In this document: in pieces, positions 39,883 to 52,949 of the stretch
Numbering within the stretch: position 1 is the first letter of the stretch
Layout of the letters: every line of letters begins with the position of its first letter
Source of the DNA: Eledone cirrhosa
Taxonomy: Eukaryota
Assembly (NCBI GenBank): GCA_964016885.1
Contig: OZ024741.1
Coordinates: 223,758,001 to 223,822,000, forward strand
Length of the DNA stretch: 64,000 nucleotides
Direction of reading: 5' to 3'
Translations under genes and position numbers: made by a program
Notes under the pieces: model-generated
Seen by the model: only the letters and a program-made list of their open reading frames with translations
The model's database searches: none
What the model was told of the DNA's origin: nothing

Positions 39883-41674
39883 GAAGTAGTATCAAAAGGT
39901 TTCTGGACTAGTTCAGGCGTGTGTCAACAGATGCCAACACACGGTTACTCGCACAGTGAGAGCTGGCAGTGGCCTTCATGCACCAGTGTGCTGAGTAACA
40001 TCGCTGTATTCACTTCACAAGTTGTGAAATTTGTGTTTTTGTCATGCTGTAGCCTGCAATTTTGTCACAAACAGAAATTTGGAACAAAAAGCCAACATGA
40101 AATTTTCTGTTCAATTTGGGAAGTTTGCTACAGAGACATTGAGCCTTCTTTGGCAAACTTACAAAGACGAGGCAATGAGTTGTACTCTATGTTTTGAGTG
40201 GCACAGGTGCTTCAAAAGCGGAAGAAAGTCCCTGAAAGATAACGAGCAATCTGGAAGACCTGCCATGCGTGTCACTCCCGGAAATGAGGAGAAAATTAAT
40301 CAACTTATGCATGAGGATTGTCAGAGGAAAGTTCCTGAAAGATGACGAGCAATCTGGAAGGCCTGCCATGCGTGTCACTCCCGGAAATGAGGAGAAAATT
40401 AATCAACTTATGCATGAGGATTGTCAGAGGAAAGTCCCTGAAAGATGACGAGCAATCTGGAAGACCTGCCATGCGTGTCACTCCTGGAAATGAGGAGAAA
40501 ATTAATCAACTTATGCATGAGGATTGTCAGAGGAAAGTCCCTGAAAGATGACGAGCAATCTGGAAGACCTGCCATGCGTGTCACTCCCGGAAATGAGGAG
40601 AAAATTAATCAACTTATGCATGAGGACTGTCAGAGAAAAGTCCCTGAAAGATGACGAGCAATCTGGAAGACCTGCCATGCGTGTCACTCCCGGAAATGAG
40701 GAGAAAATTAATCAACTTATGCATGAGGATTGTCAGAGAAAAGTCCCTGAAAGATGACGAGCAATCTGGAAGACCTGCCATGCGTGTCACTCCCGGAAAT
40801 GAGGAGAAAATTAATCAACTTATGCATGAGGATTGTCAGAGGAGAATCAACGATATTGCTGATGTTGTTGGTCTGTCATATGGGTCCATGCAGACAATCC
40901 TAATGTCTGAATTGAACATGTGGCATGTTGCTGCCAAGTTTGTCCCCACCTGCTGACCACTGAGTAGAAAGAACATTGCGTTGAAGTATGTCGAAATCGG
41001 CATCAGAATGCCACTGATGACCCATCCTTCATGTCGAGGATCATCTCCGGTGATGAGAGTTGGGTCTACGGGTATGACCATGATACGAAACAGCAGTTGA
41101 GACAGTGGAAAAGCCCGTCATCTCCACAACCGAAGAAGGCACCGCATAGCTGCAGCTAAATCACGAGCATGCTCATCGTTTCTTTCTACATCCATAGTAT
41201 GGTGGATTGAGAATTCATCCCCAGGGCCAGACTGTCAATCAAGAGTCCTACTGCAATGTTTTGAGGCATTTAAGAGAGTACATTTGGCAAAAGCAGCTGA
41301 ATTTGTGGAGTGCGAAGAATTGAATTCTTCACAATGACAATGTACCCTGTCCCCCAAGCTCTCCTCACTTGTGAGTTTCTCACCAAAAGCAACAATATAT
41401 CGCTTCTGACCCACCTTATTCGCCAGATTTAGCATCTGCAGGCTTCATCTCTTCTGAAATGCAGCTCAAGGGTCACCGTATTAACACTGTTGCCGAGATC
41501 CAGAGCGAATCGCAGAAGGTCCTCGACTCACAGAAAACGACTTCCAGGCCAGATTCCAAACGCTAGCACCAGTGTGTTGCTGCGCAATGTGACTATTTTG
41601 GAGATGATGTTAAAACTTAGGTAAATATATTAGATTAAACATAACGAGTCCAGGAACTTTTTGATACCACCTCA
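39883..41674 (+). mobile_element. mariner (Tc1/mariner, DD34D-type) transposon, defective
   Basis: TIRs GAAGTAGTATCAAAAGGTTTCTGGACT / AGTCCAGGAACTTTTTGATACCACCTC; KFVP, ISGDESWVYGYD, LHNDN and PPYSPDLAS motifs with stops and frameshifts. Confidence 0.93.
40224..40842 (+). repeat. 6 x 103-bp tandem array inside the mariner transposase
   Basis: GAAAGTCCCTGAAAGATGACGAGCAATCTGG recurs every 103 bp. Confidence 0.95.
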
Positions 41675-42707
41675 TATGGGCAGAATGATATATATTTTAT
41701 TATAGTCATAAAGCTACATCAGTGAAAAAGAGGCCTAGTTTAATAAGTGCTCTTGAACATAAAATGCCCTTGAGTCACTAGTACAGCTTCACAGCTGTAA
41801 TGAAGTATACATATTTCACCCTTTCAGGGTCAATAAAAGGAGTACCAGTCCATTATTGGAGTTGATTCTTCCTCTGTACCTTTTTTTCACTTCTTCCTCT
41901 CTCTCTCATCATATCTCTCTAGAAAAATTCAGCTCTGTTCGGACATGGAGAAAGTATGGACTTCACCTCCATATTTCATAGCAGTGCCCCTAAGACTCTA
42001 TCAGGAGTTATAGGTCTCTATATACATACATATACTGGATAAATTCACTGAAGATCCATGTTTTGGGTTGTCATGCAATTGACTGTTGGAATATGCACTT
42101 ATTTACATAACGGTAACTAACAGTTTGGCATTGGTGAAACCAGCACTGGTTTCGGTATACATACTAACAGTTTGGCATTTTTTTTATTAATTGATTTATT
42201 AATTGCTTATTATTAGTTGTATTAATTTTATTGATAAATCTAATTGTTTTGTTGGATTATTGCCACCACACTACTAAATCTGTATGAGTATACTCTGTTT
42301 CTGAAACCCTGCAGTAGTTTGATTTTGTAAATCTATTAATGCATGTATATATATATGTATAATAATGTATGCATATATATATGTATATTAATGTATGTAT
42401 ATATATATATGTATAATAATGGTATGTATATATATATGTATATTAATGTATGTATATTAATGTATATATATATATATATGTATATGTATATATATATGTA
42501 TATATATATATGTTTATTAATGTATGTATGTTAATGTATATATATATGTATATTAATGTATGTATATTAATGTTTATATATATATATATATGTATATATA
42601 TGTATATATATATATATATGTTTATTAATGTATGTATGTTAATGTATATATATATGTTTATTAATGTATGTATGTTAATGTATATATATATGTATATTAA
42701 TGTATGT

Positions 42708-43305
42708 AGAGAGAGTACCACGTTGGTATGGTCACGTGATGCGCATGAAAGACGACAGCTGTATAAAAAAGTGCAGGGCAATAAAAATAGACGGTAGCCA
42801 CGGAGTAGGCAGACCCAGAAAAACCTGGGACGACTTGATAAAATCCGACCTCACACACTTACACCTCTCCAAGACAATGTCACTGGACCGAGATCTTTGG
42901 CGCTAGCAGTAATACAGAAGACCCGCCTTGCCTAATTGCAAAGCGAAACCTACAGTCAGTAGGCACCTCTTAACCAAAATACACCCCCGTCCCACTACCC
43001 CCACCCCTTTCAATGTAAAGTTATGTTGGTACCACAACATCCAGTCCGAAACAAATGAGGTCGTGTAGGTGTCACGACAAAAAAACACACAGTCCACGTT
43101 GTAATGTGGCCGTGTAGGTAACATGGTAAAAACCTACCAGTTCCACACTGTAAATGTGGTTGGTGTTAGGAAGGGCATCCAACTGTAGAAAACCCGCTAG
43201 ACAGTCCTATGCGAGCAAGACAACCACTCTTGCCTCAAGTGGGAAAACTGCCGTCCAAACCCATGCTAGCGTGGAAGATGGACTTTCAATGATGATGATG
43301 ATGAT
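42708..43305 (+). mobile_element. RTE LINE 3' fragment
   Basis: [16 protein letters not shown], 3' UTR and (GAT)n; very similar to 19060-19668. Confidence 0.95.
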
Positions 43306-43375
43306 CATCATCATCATATATATACTTTGATTACCTGTTCAGGCAATATTTATTAGAATGCTGTGTATATATCAT

Positions 43376-43601
43376 CAGTCCACGCTGTAATGTGGCCGTG
43401 TAGGCAACACGGTAAAAACCTCCCAGCCCCACACTGTAAATGTGGTTGGTGTTAGGAAGGGCATCCAGCCGTAGAAAACCCGCCAGACAGTCCTATGCGA
43501 GCAAGACAACCACCCTTGCCTCAAGTGGGAAAACCCCCGTCCAAACCCATGCAAGCGTGGAACACGGACGCTAAACCTGATGATGATGATGATGATGATG
43601 A
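43376..43601 (+). mobile_element. RTE 3' UTR fragment
   Basis: CAGTCCACGCTGTAATGTGGCC..(GAT)n followed by (TA)n. Confidence 0.9.
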
Positions 43602-43647
43602 TATATATATATATATCTCTATATATATATATGATGATATATATATT

Positions 43648-44298
43648 ATCATCATCATTTAACGTCCATCTTCCACACTAGCATGGGTTGGACGGGTTTG
43701 TCCCACTTGAGGCAATATTGGTCGGGTGATGTCCTCGCCCGTATAGAACTGTTTCTTGCAGGTTTTCTACCATTCCCTTCCTAACACCAACCACATTTAC
43801 TGTGTGGACTGGGAGCCTTTTTACCGTGTCTCCTACACGACCACTTTACTTTGTGAACTGGATGTTCTGTGGTACCAACATAACTTTACAGAGAAAGGGT
43901 GATTTGGATGGAAGTGGGAGGATGGAGTAGTGTGTGTGGGTGGGGTGTATAATGGGTTTAGAGGTGCCTACTGACTGTAGGTTTAAGTTTGTATGTAAGG
44001 GAAGGTGGGTCTTCTGTATAACTGTGTAGCACCAAAAATTTCGATCCAGTGACATTGTCTTAGAGAGATGCAAGTGAGCAAGGTTAGTTTTTATCATCTC
44101 ATCCCAGATTTTTCTGGGTCTACCCACTCTGTAGCTTCCATCAATTTTGATCGCCCTGCACTCTTTTATACAGCTCTTGTCCTTCATACACATCACATGT
44201 CCATACCAATGCAATCTCCTCTCCTGCACACAACATTTGATATCTCTTATGCTTAGTCTATCTCATTTATGCTTTGCCATTCACGTACATTACTATTA
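43648..44298 (-). mobile_element. RTE LINE 3' fragment (older)
   Basis: ERRLHWYGHVM..GRPRKIW, 3' UTR, (ATC)n. Confidence 0.9.
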
Positions 44299-45197
44299 CT
44301 TAAGAAAAATAACACAGAGAGGATAAGGCAAAACGAAAAACAACAGCCAACCTGTACCAATTACTGGTATGGAGGCAATGGACATCATCAGGATAAATAC
44401 ATCTTCTTTCACATTCACCAATAGTTGGTGGCCTTGATCACACATTCCTAATGACGGCTTCAAAACTATCTGTTGCAGCTGACATTCACTTCAGGTTTAG
44501 ATGAGATGTATTGATCTCCAGGAAGAAAGACTACTGGATGGACATTAGGACATATAGTCTCACTAGAGTCATCTATTGTTGTATCATCTATGCACCAATC
44601 ATTGAAAAGTTTTATTATAAGTTTTATATGATAAACACACAATATCATCAATACTAGGTACAAAGAGAAGAGGACCTCATGAATCTCCCTGTTGGATGCC
44701 AATGGAGAATGAAATGATATTATGCCAGTGGTGAGAAGCTTGTTTATACGATTGTACAATAAGCTAATAGGTAGACAAATGGAGCTCAACTATGGCAAAC
44801 CTCCAACAAAGCACAAACAATTGAAGGTATTCCTTATGTTGAAGGTATTCCTTATGCAGCTCAACATAAGTAGATGTCAAGGATCTGACAATTTGGGCTG
44901 AGATGAGGAATCTTCAATGAAATGTCTACCTCACTGACTTTGCCCAGTTCACAGATGACTTTTGTTGCAAGCATCCTGAAGACATCGCTCACAGCAATGT
45001 GGAATATGTCACTGTCCTGTTTCTTTAAAATCACCCAAGAAACAATTTAAGCAGGTCATTAACAGCATTTTTTTTAGTTTTGCCTTGGGCCCCCTTTGGA
45101 GCATAAACTGCTTAGTTTTCTCCAACCATCACGGGCTTGCTCAGTCACTCCAACTATTCCCAGGAATATCCCAACCACTTTGCTTGTGCTACTAGAT

Positions 45198-45449
45198 CAT
45201 GTATGGCCAACCTTTCTCAAGCAGTAGGCCACATAGGATGTGGCTCATCATAGGTGGGCCACATAGGATGGGGCTCATCATAAAATGGGCCACATAGGAT
45301 ATGGTTCATTATAAGGTGGGCCACATAGAATGTGGCTCATCATAAGGTGGGCCACATAGGATATGGATCATCATAAGGTGGGCCACACTACTAAAAAATT
45401 AAAGGATGCCATTCAGAAAGCCAAATGGGTCGCAGTTTGCTCATGACTG
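45198..45449. mobile_element. hAT (Charlie-like) MITE with internal ~31-bp tandem repeats
   Basis: Ends CATGTATGGCCAAC / GTTTGCTCATGACTG; flanks TACTAGAT and CTTTAGAT; GGCCACATAGGA..CTCATCATAAGGTG about 5 times. Confidence 0.6.
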
Positions 45450-45459
45450 CTTTAGATCA

Positions 45460-45730
45460 TGGCACCAAGTATTCCTAGGCCTTCCTCTTTTCCTTTTCTC
45501 CTGTGGATTCTTGGTCAAGGCTTGCCTTGTGGCAAGGCTTTTGGAAGGTGTGACCAATCCATATCCATCACCTCTAGATAGGCTGAATTCCCTGCCACAA
45601 TTCCTAATCATGTTTGACCTACTAATTCAAAGAATTTTCCTGAGGCATATGCTTACAAACATCTGTATATTTTCATGGTGGTAATAGTAGTACTCTAGAT
45701 CCCTGCCCCACAGAGCAAAACAGACCTGCC
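45460..45730 (-). mobile_element. Degenerate RTE C-terminal fragment (different family)
   Basis: Minus strand NPQEKRKRGRPRNTW. Confidence 0.6.
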
Positions 45731-45940
45731 AATTAAAAAAAATACCACCAAAAAGCTTAAGACACAAAAAGCTGGAACAAATATTAAAGGCATTTCATCT
45801 GATATCAACAATTCTACTAATCCACCACCTCAGACTCATAATGTATTTTATTGACCCTTCCCTCCTCCAAAATGAATGAAAGGATCACAATGGGATTTGA
45901 ACTCAGAGCACAGAAGCCTTTTATCCTATACTTTAAAGAC

Positions 45941-46067
45941 CAGGGCTGTATTATTCATAAGGCTGACTATCCTGAAGCCTAGAGGCCCCTGGGGGAATAG
46001 CAGTCCTGTAATGTTTTGGGGTTTTTTTTTGCTGTAGGGGACCCAGCCATGGGTTAATATGGCTCTG
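45941..46067. mobile_element. Small hAT-like MITE
   Basis: TIRs CAGGGCTGTATTA / TAATATGGCTCTG; target duplication unclear. Confidence 0.45.
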
Positions 46068-46584
46068 ATAATGTCTTTGCCAATTCGCTGAATAATGAAA
46101 AAAAATTGTGAATGGACAGCAAAAGCTTTCGATGTAAATAATACAGAGACATCTTAAACACAGTGTTTTAAGTCAGACAGAAAGAGAAAAGTAGACTTGT
46201 TTCTTTTTATTTTTTATCTCAAACCAGTCCATATAATGTTTAACACGATGATGATGAACAAAAATGTTTCTAACTCTTTTTTCCATTTCCTATCTTCCAT
46301 CCTCTCTCATTACAGATGATTTCTGAATAAATTCCTTATAATGTGTTTTAGACATTTATAACATAGATGTTAGATATAACATCTTTGCTCAAAAGTTTTA
46401 CATTTTTTTTTTTTTTTGATCTGCCAACAGACATATGGTTGACTTTATTAACTGGACATATGGTTGTCTTTTTTTATTTTCAACATGCATGCATAAACAT
46501 ATATACATGTTTATATATGCATACTTATATACATGTGTGTGTGTGTGTGTGTCAATATTTTTCTCTGTCTCTCTCATATATACA

Positions 46585-46671
46585 CAGGGTGCCCCCCCCC
46601 AAAAAAAAAATCTATACACACTTCAATAGCATTCTAATTAAAGTGTGTATACATTTTTGGGGTACACCCTG
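46585..46671. mobile_element. Tc1/mariner-type MITE
   Basis: CAGGGTG..AAAAA..TATACACACTT / AAGTGTGTATA..TTTTT..CACCCTG-TA. Confidence 0.65.
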
Positions 46672-46736
46672 TATATATATGTGTGTGCGTGTAAATATTT
46701 TTTCTGTCCCTCATATATATATATATATATACATAA

Positions 46737-47326
46737 TATTAAGGATACTATTTATGGTTATGTATATACTAAAACTTTTTATAGTTATATATATTTTAAA
46801 CCCTAAACAGTGAAGGTCAGTAATTTATTACTACCTTATTACCATAAGATAAATAGCTCAATGTAATAACATCAGTTGTTCTACAGAGCAATTATATAGA
46901 ATTCACAAGAATCAAAGCTATGTTCAACGCATTTATTCACTTACAATTGTTTCATCCAAACCTAGGCTTGGAGTCTTCGGAGCATTTTTCAATGTTTGTA
47001 CATATAATTGACCTCCTTTCCAACACAAGAGACATACAGATACATATATATATAGTGATGTACAGTGGAGTGACATATATTATATTATATTTCTGTATAG
47101 CAATTCAGAATTTTGAATTGCTATACAGAAATATAATATAATATATGTCACTCCACTGTACATCACTATATATATATGTATCTGTATGTCTCTTGTGTTG
47201 GAAAGGAGGTCAATTGTGTACAAACATTGAAAAATGCTCCGAAGACTCCAAGCCTAGGTTTGGATGAAACAATTGTAAGTGAATAAATGCGTTGAACATA
47301 GCTTTGATTCTTGTGAATTCTATATA
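46737..47326 (-). mobile_element. Fold-back hammerhead element, family X copy 2 (near-perfect ~434-bp palindrome plus tail)
   Basis: 46893-47326 is palindromic about ~47110. CCGAAGA-stem-GAAA-CAATTG-TA at 47235-47281 (+) and 46938-46984 (-). 46737-46892 is a reverse-complement homologue of 36133-36294. Confidence 0.9.
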
Positions 47327-47339
47327 TATACATATATTC

Positions 47340-47390
<51 letters not shown>

Positions 47391-47394
47391 CATA

Positions 47395-47630
<236 letters not shown>

Positions 47631-48069
47631 CATACATATATATATGTATATATATATATACATACATATATATATACATATATATATGTATATATATATA
47701 TATATAATTATGTGTATGCATAATATATGTATATGTATTCTTTATTAAGGCCAAATTTGAATATTTTTACTCTGGCGTTTCTCCTGTGTACATACATACA
47801 TACATACATACATACATACATACATACATACATACATACATACATACATAATTTAACTGGAACATGACACACCATAATCATACCAAAGAGTTCAGTATGT
47901 GAAATCATTCTCAATGTTTATAACATATACTTGAAAGAAATCAAGTTCTTTTTTCTTCCTCTTGAATTAAAATCATTTTGGGGGTTATAAGCTCTGAATG
48001 TGATTGGCAAGTCAAGGATAACAACTCCAAAACCAGTTTCACAAACTTACTGGCCATGGTCTCATGAAC

Positions 48070-48970
48070 TAATAATAATAATAATTGTTTCTACATTTAG
48101 CACAAGGCCAGCAATTTGAAGGGAAGAGGAAAATCGATTAAATCGACTCCAGTACATTTCCTGTTACTTTATTTTATTGACTCTATATGGATGAAAAGCA
48201 AAGCTAACCTCAGAAGGATTTGAACTCAGTATGTAAAGAGCCATAACTCTATGCCGTAAAGCAAGGTGTCCGACACTTTAACGATACTGCCAGTCCACAA
48301 CCCTTATAAAAATAATAATTGTTTCTACTTTAGGCACAAGGCCAGCAATTACCCAGTGCATTTCTGATTTATGGGCAACAAATTTAGGTGGAGGGGAAAG
48401 TCGATTAAATGGACCCCAGTGCATTACTGGTACTTTATTATATCAACCCTGTAAGGATGAAAGGTAAAGCTAACCTCGGCGAGATTTGAACTCAGAACAT
48501 AAAGGGCCATAACTAAATACTGCAAAACATTTTGTCCAATGCTCTACCGATTCTGCCAATCCACTGCCCTAATAATAATAATAATTGTTTCTACTATAGG
48601 CACAAGGTCAGTACTATAGGCACAAAGTCAATTAAATTGACCCCAGTGCATTACTGGTGTTTTATTTTATCAACCCTGTAAGGATAAAAGGCAAAGCTAA
48701 CTTTGGTAGGATTTGAACTCGGAATGTAAAGGGCCGTAACTCTATGTCACAAAGCATGGTGTCTGACGTTTTAACGATACTGCCAATCCACCGCCCTAAT
48801 AATATAACAATAATAATTGTTTCTACAATAGGCACAAGGCCAGCAATTACGCCAGTACATTACTGGTACTTTATTTTATCGACCCCCGTTAGGATGAAAG
48901 GCAAAGTTAACCTCGACGGGATTTGAATTCAGAATGGCAAGGGCCGTAACTCTATGCATCAAAGCATGGC
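48070..48970 (-). mobile_element. Head-to-tail array of ~4 SINE family 2 copies
   Basis: AATAATTGTTTCTAC..GGATTTGAACTC..CTGCCAATCCAC units repeat at about 48070, 48310, 48570 and 48800. Confidence 0.9.
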
Positions 48971-49199
48971 GGTCACCGTAATCATCCACAGGCATGCAGA
49001 GCACAGAGACATTGGTCAAAGCATGTTGAGAATTGAATCTTTGGCAATCAGTTGAATGTCCTTCTATTGGATGTAGGCAAGGATGTTAGTGTGAAGCAGT
49101 AACACCATTTAATATATGTAAGCTCTATGACATTGTGAGTAGTGTATGATGGAATATAGGGAACATAACAAAGGTTCTTACATAGAATGATGATGCAAG

Positions 49200-50350
49200 A
49201 CTTTTAGATAAATATGCTATGTTAATATGCATGAACTGTGAAGCATAGATGGGCTGAGAGAAAAAAAAACTAGGAATAAGATAAACGAAATGTAGTGTGC
49301 AAAGGAAAAGACTGCACTTATATGGACATGTGATGTATATGAATGATGACTGTTGGGTGATGTGGAAGGAAGCTGCAATAGAGCTCTGTGTTATTGTTGG
49401 CTGTGTGCAATGGGGTGTATGGAACATAAAGGTTCTTACATTGAATTATGATAGAAAGACTTTACATAAATCATCTTTTTATGTCCATTTTTTCCATGCT
49501 TACATGGGTTGGATGGGTCTTTTCCAGTACAGCTTCCTTCAAACTATTGCATTCTTTCGTCATCTCCTTCTGCTTATGTCTTTCTTGGTCTTCCACTACT
49601 GTAGCTTTCTTTCTGCTGGGAACTCCTGACACTTTTCACCCAATAATCATCATCCATACACATCACATGTCCATACCACTACATTCTTCTCTCTTCTACT
49701 CTACATTTGATACCTCTTATACCCAGTTTTATTCTCGGCCCATTCATGTTATGTCATTTATGCATATTTAACATCACACATCCATCAAAGCATGCTTATT
49801 TTATTTCTCTTCAGCCTCTGCATTCACTGCTTATGTTTCACGTGTATACCCATGTTTTGCATTGCATACATTGTATAGTGTGCCTACTTATTCCTTTCTA
49901 CATATTGAGCATGACCACTTCCTTAATTTTCTACTTACTAAAACTTTGGTCTTTGCTAGGTTTACTCTGAGCCCTTTCAATTTTAAGTTCTGTTTCCACA
50001 GTAGGAATTTCTTCTTCAGTTCTTCCATAGATTCAGCAATAGGAACCAGGTTGTCAACATACAAAAGTTCCCATGGACATCCAATCTTAAACCCCTCTGT
50101 TATGGCCTGGAAAACTATAATAAACAGGAGAGAGCTGAGAACTGATCCTTGAAGAACACATATCTATACATTAAATTCCTCACTAAACTCATAACCTATT
50201 CTCATATGGCTGATTACACTTGTGCTCATGCAATTCCAATTTCCTTAAAGACCACCAGATAATAGACCATGGAACTTTATAGACCTTCTCCAGATCAATA
50301 AAAGCTGCTTACACTTGGCTAGGGACTTCTCTTGTAGTTGTCTCACTAAA
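49200..50350. mobile_element. Old RTE fragments (plus 49200-49400, minus 49480-50350)
   Basis: RLHLYGHVM on plus; [22 protein letters not shown] on minus. Confidence 0.75.
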
Positions 50351-50879
50351 ATAAATAACTGTGTATCATAGAACCAAGGCTGGTTTCAGCTAAGCAAAAT
50401 AGAACCAATAGTCATCAAAATTATATTTGTGTATAGGCCTGCACTAATTATTATTGAGTTGTACAATTCTTACAAAAATTATCTTGAGGCACCTGTTGGT
50501 TTCCATTGATAACACAGAGTCTTTCTTTGAAAATAATGTTATTGACTTATTGATGCAGCCTTGGCAAGCCGTTTTTGTTTGTTCTCCATAGTATATATCT
50601 TGAATACATATATGTTATTTTAGAAATACAACAGTGCTAAAGTTTGAGTTTTTATGTTAATCTTTCATATTTCCACCTTAGTTCTTGATTTGGAACAATA
50701 TCATTCCTAAATTTGTAAGTCTGTTAATATTTCAATACCTTCACATAATGACTGCAGAAATGGTGTATTATTTATTCATGTGGTTATTACAAAAGCTCAG
50801 AGTACTAGTAATATTATAAATGCTAGATTTAAAAATGATTCAAAGGTTTAAAGCCTGATAGGTTTTATAATTGATTTTT

Positions 50880-51745
50880 AATTTCAGCACAGCCCAACAA
50901 ATTTTGGGAGAATGGCAAAGTTGATTAGATTAACCCCAGTAATTGATGGTACTTTATTATATTGAAATATAAATTTTGTTTCCCTTTTTGCCAGAATATG
51001 TTTCTAGCTTATATTTTTTGTCTTTAGCCATGAACAAAAATTGGTTTATTTCTCTTAGGTTTTATTACCTGGAATAATGAAAGGCAAAGTTCACCTCAGC
51101 AGGATTTGAACTCAGAGTAGATTTGAACTCAGAGCCTGAATAAATACTGTAATGGTATTTTATCCGAAACTCTACCAATTCTGCCAATCCACCACCTTGG
51201 CAGGTTTTATAATTAATTTTACATATATTGGATCTGTGTTAATTTGTGTTAATTTTTGGTTTATATTTTCATATTAGTAAAGCTTCCACATTTACCTTCC
51301 TTATTTTATGTGAGATTCTATATAACATTATAGTGTTATCAGCTAATGTTTTTCTATTTAATATTTTTTTGCCTGTACTGTAAAATAATTGTTTCTACTT
51401 TTGGCACAAGGCCAGCAATTACCCAGTGCATTACTGGTACTTTATTTTATCGACCCCGTAAGGATGAAAGGCAAAGTTAACCTCGGCGGGATTTGAACTC
51501 AGATCATAAAGGACCGTAACTCTTTGCTGCAAAGCATGTCGTCCGACCCTCTACCGATACTGCCAATCCACCATAATAATTGTTTCTACTTTAGGCACAA
51601 AGCCAGCAATTTAAAGGGGAATGTAAAGTCGATTAAATCGACCCCAGTACTTACTGGTGCTTTATTTTATCGACCCCATAAGGATGAAAGGCAAAGCTTT
51701 GAATTCAGAAGCATGGTGTCTGACACTACCAATACTGCCAATGTG
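50880..51745 (-). mobile_element. SINE family 2 copies (50880-51200 interrupted; tandem pair 51385-51745)
   Basis: CGACCCCGTAAGGATGAAAGGCAAAG..GATTTGAACTC. Confidence 0.85.
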
Positions 51746-52949
51746 TTGTAATGGTCCCTTGTTGTAAGTACATGGTCAACATTGATAAAGTATGAGATAT
51801 ACTTGTGTGTCCAATGTAACAGTTTCAGTCATCATCATTTAACATGTTTTCCCTGATAGGGTTGATCATCTGAAGTATGTTCTATAGTTTGCTAGTTTGT
51901 GGTTTCATGTTAATGAGGTTTTTCATTCTGGTGTCATATATTCGTCATGTATTCTAGTCTGTTGCTAGATGCAATACATAAAACAAGGAGAGTAACTATC
52001 TGTTAAAGGTTATCAGAGGTCAGATGATGGTGTTAACGCATGCAATGGATTAAATCTACCATTAAAAATTTTTTTAAGAAACAAATTAAACTGCTGGTGC
52101 AGTCCATCTACTTGGCTTTTGCACAGTTTTCTGTCTACCTGATTTCACTGACAAGTCTTTAGTCAACTCAAGGCTGTGGTAAAAGACACTTGCTGAAGTT
52201 GCAACGCAGTAAAATTGAATCTAGAACCACGTAGTTACTAAGTGAACTTCTCAACCTCACAGCAATACTCGTACCTCATAAAAGCTGTTGTACCAACATC
52301 AATATCTTACCCAAACAGTAATGCTTGTTTGTATTTCATAAAAGTAGCTGTGTCAACAACAACAACATCCTACCCACATAGAAATACTTGTATCTCATAG
52401 CAGCAGCTGTACCAACAGCAATATCCTACCCAAACAGTGATGTCTACACTCATAAAGAAGTTCACTTTACAATCATGTGGTTTTAAGGTTCTATTTTACT
52501 GCAAGGCAATTAAAGGCAAATAAAATTTGAAAAAAGGCAAACATCAAAAATCAAAAATCAAATAAAATCTTAAGGGCTGGAGGTAAGAAAATAGGGCACA
52601 GTTAATTTAGTTAACAACGGGACCCGCACCCACTGTGCAATTGAAAAATTAATGGTAGAAATATAAATTGAAATGTTACAACTAGTCATTTTGTGGACAA
52701 AGTATATGATTCTGCTAAACTCAGTGTGCCTGATTGACAAACAGGTTTCACTTTTACTTCACTGTTGAATTATGTAAATGTTTTAAATTGGCAAAACCCA
52801 TCCCATCATATTGAAAAAGGTAAATAATTGAATTTTAAAAAAGTTTTAAAATCATATGTATGTATGTGTGTGTGCAGCTAGACTCCTGGTGTGCAAAAAC
52901 AATGCTACAAATCTTTATGGGTGGACAATGAAAATTGACAGAAATATGA

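Noticed and set aside
41923-42111. Candidate exon after a pyrimidine tract and AG, ending at GTAACT
   Set aside because: Stop codons in all three frames; no support without RNA data.
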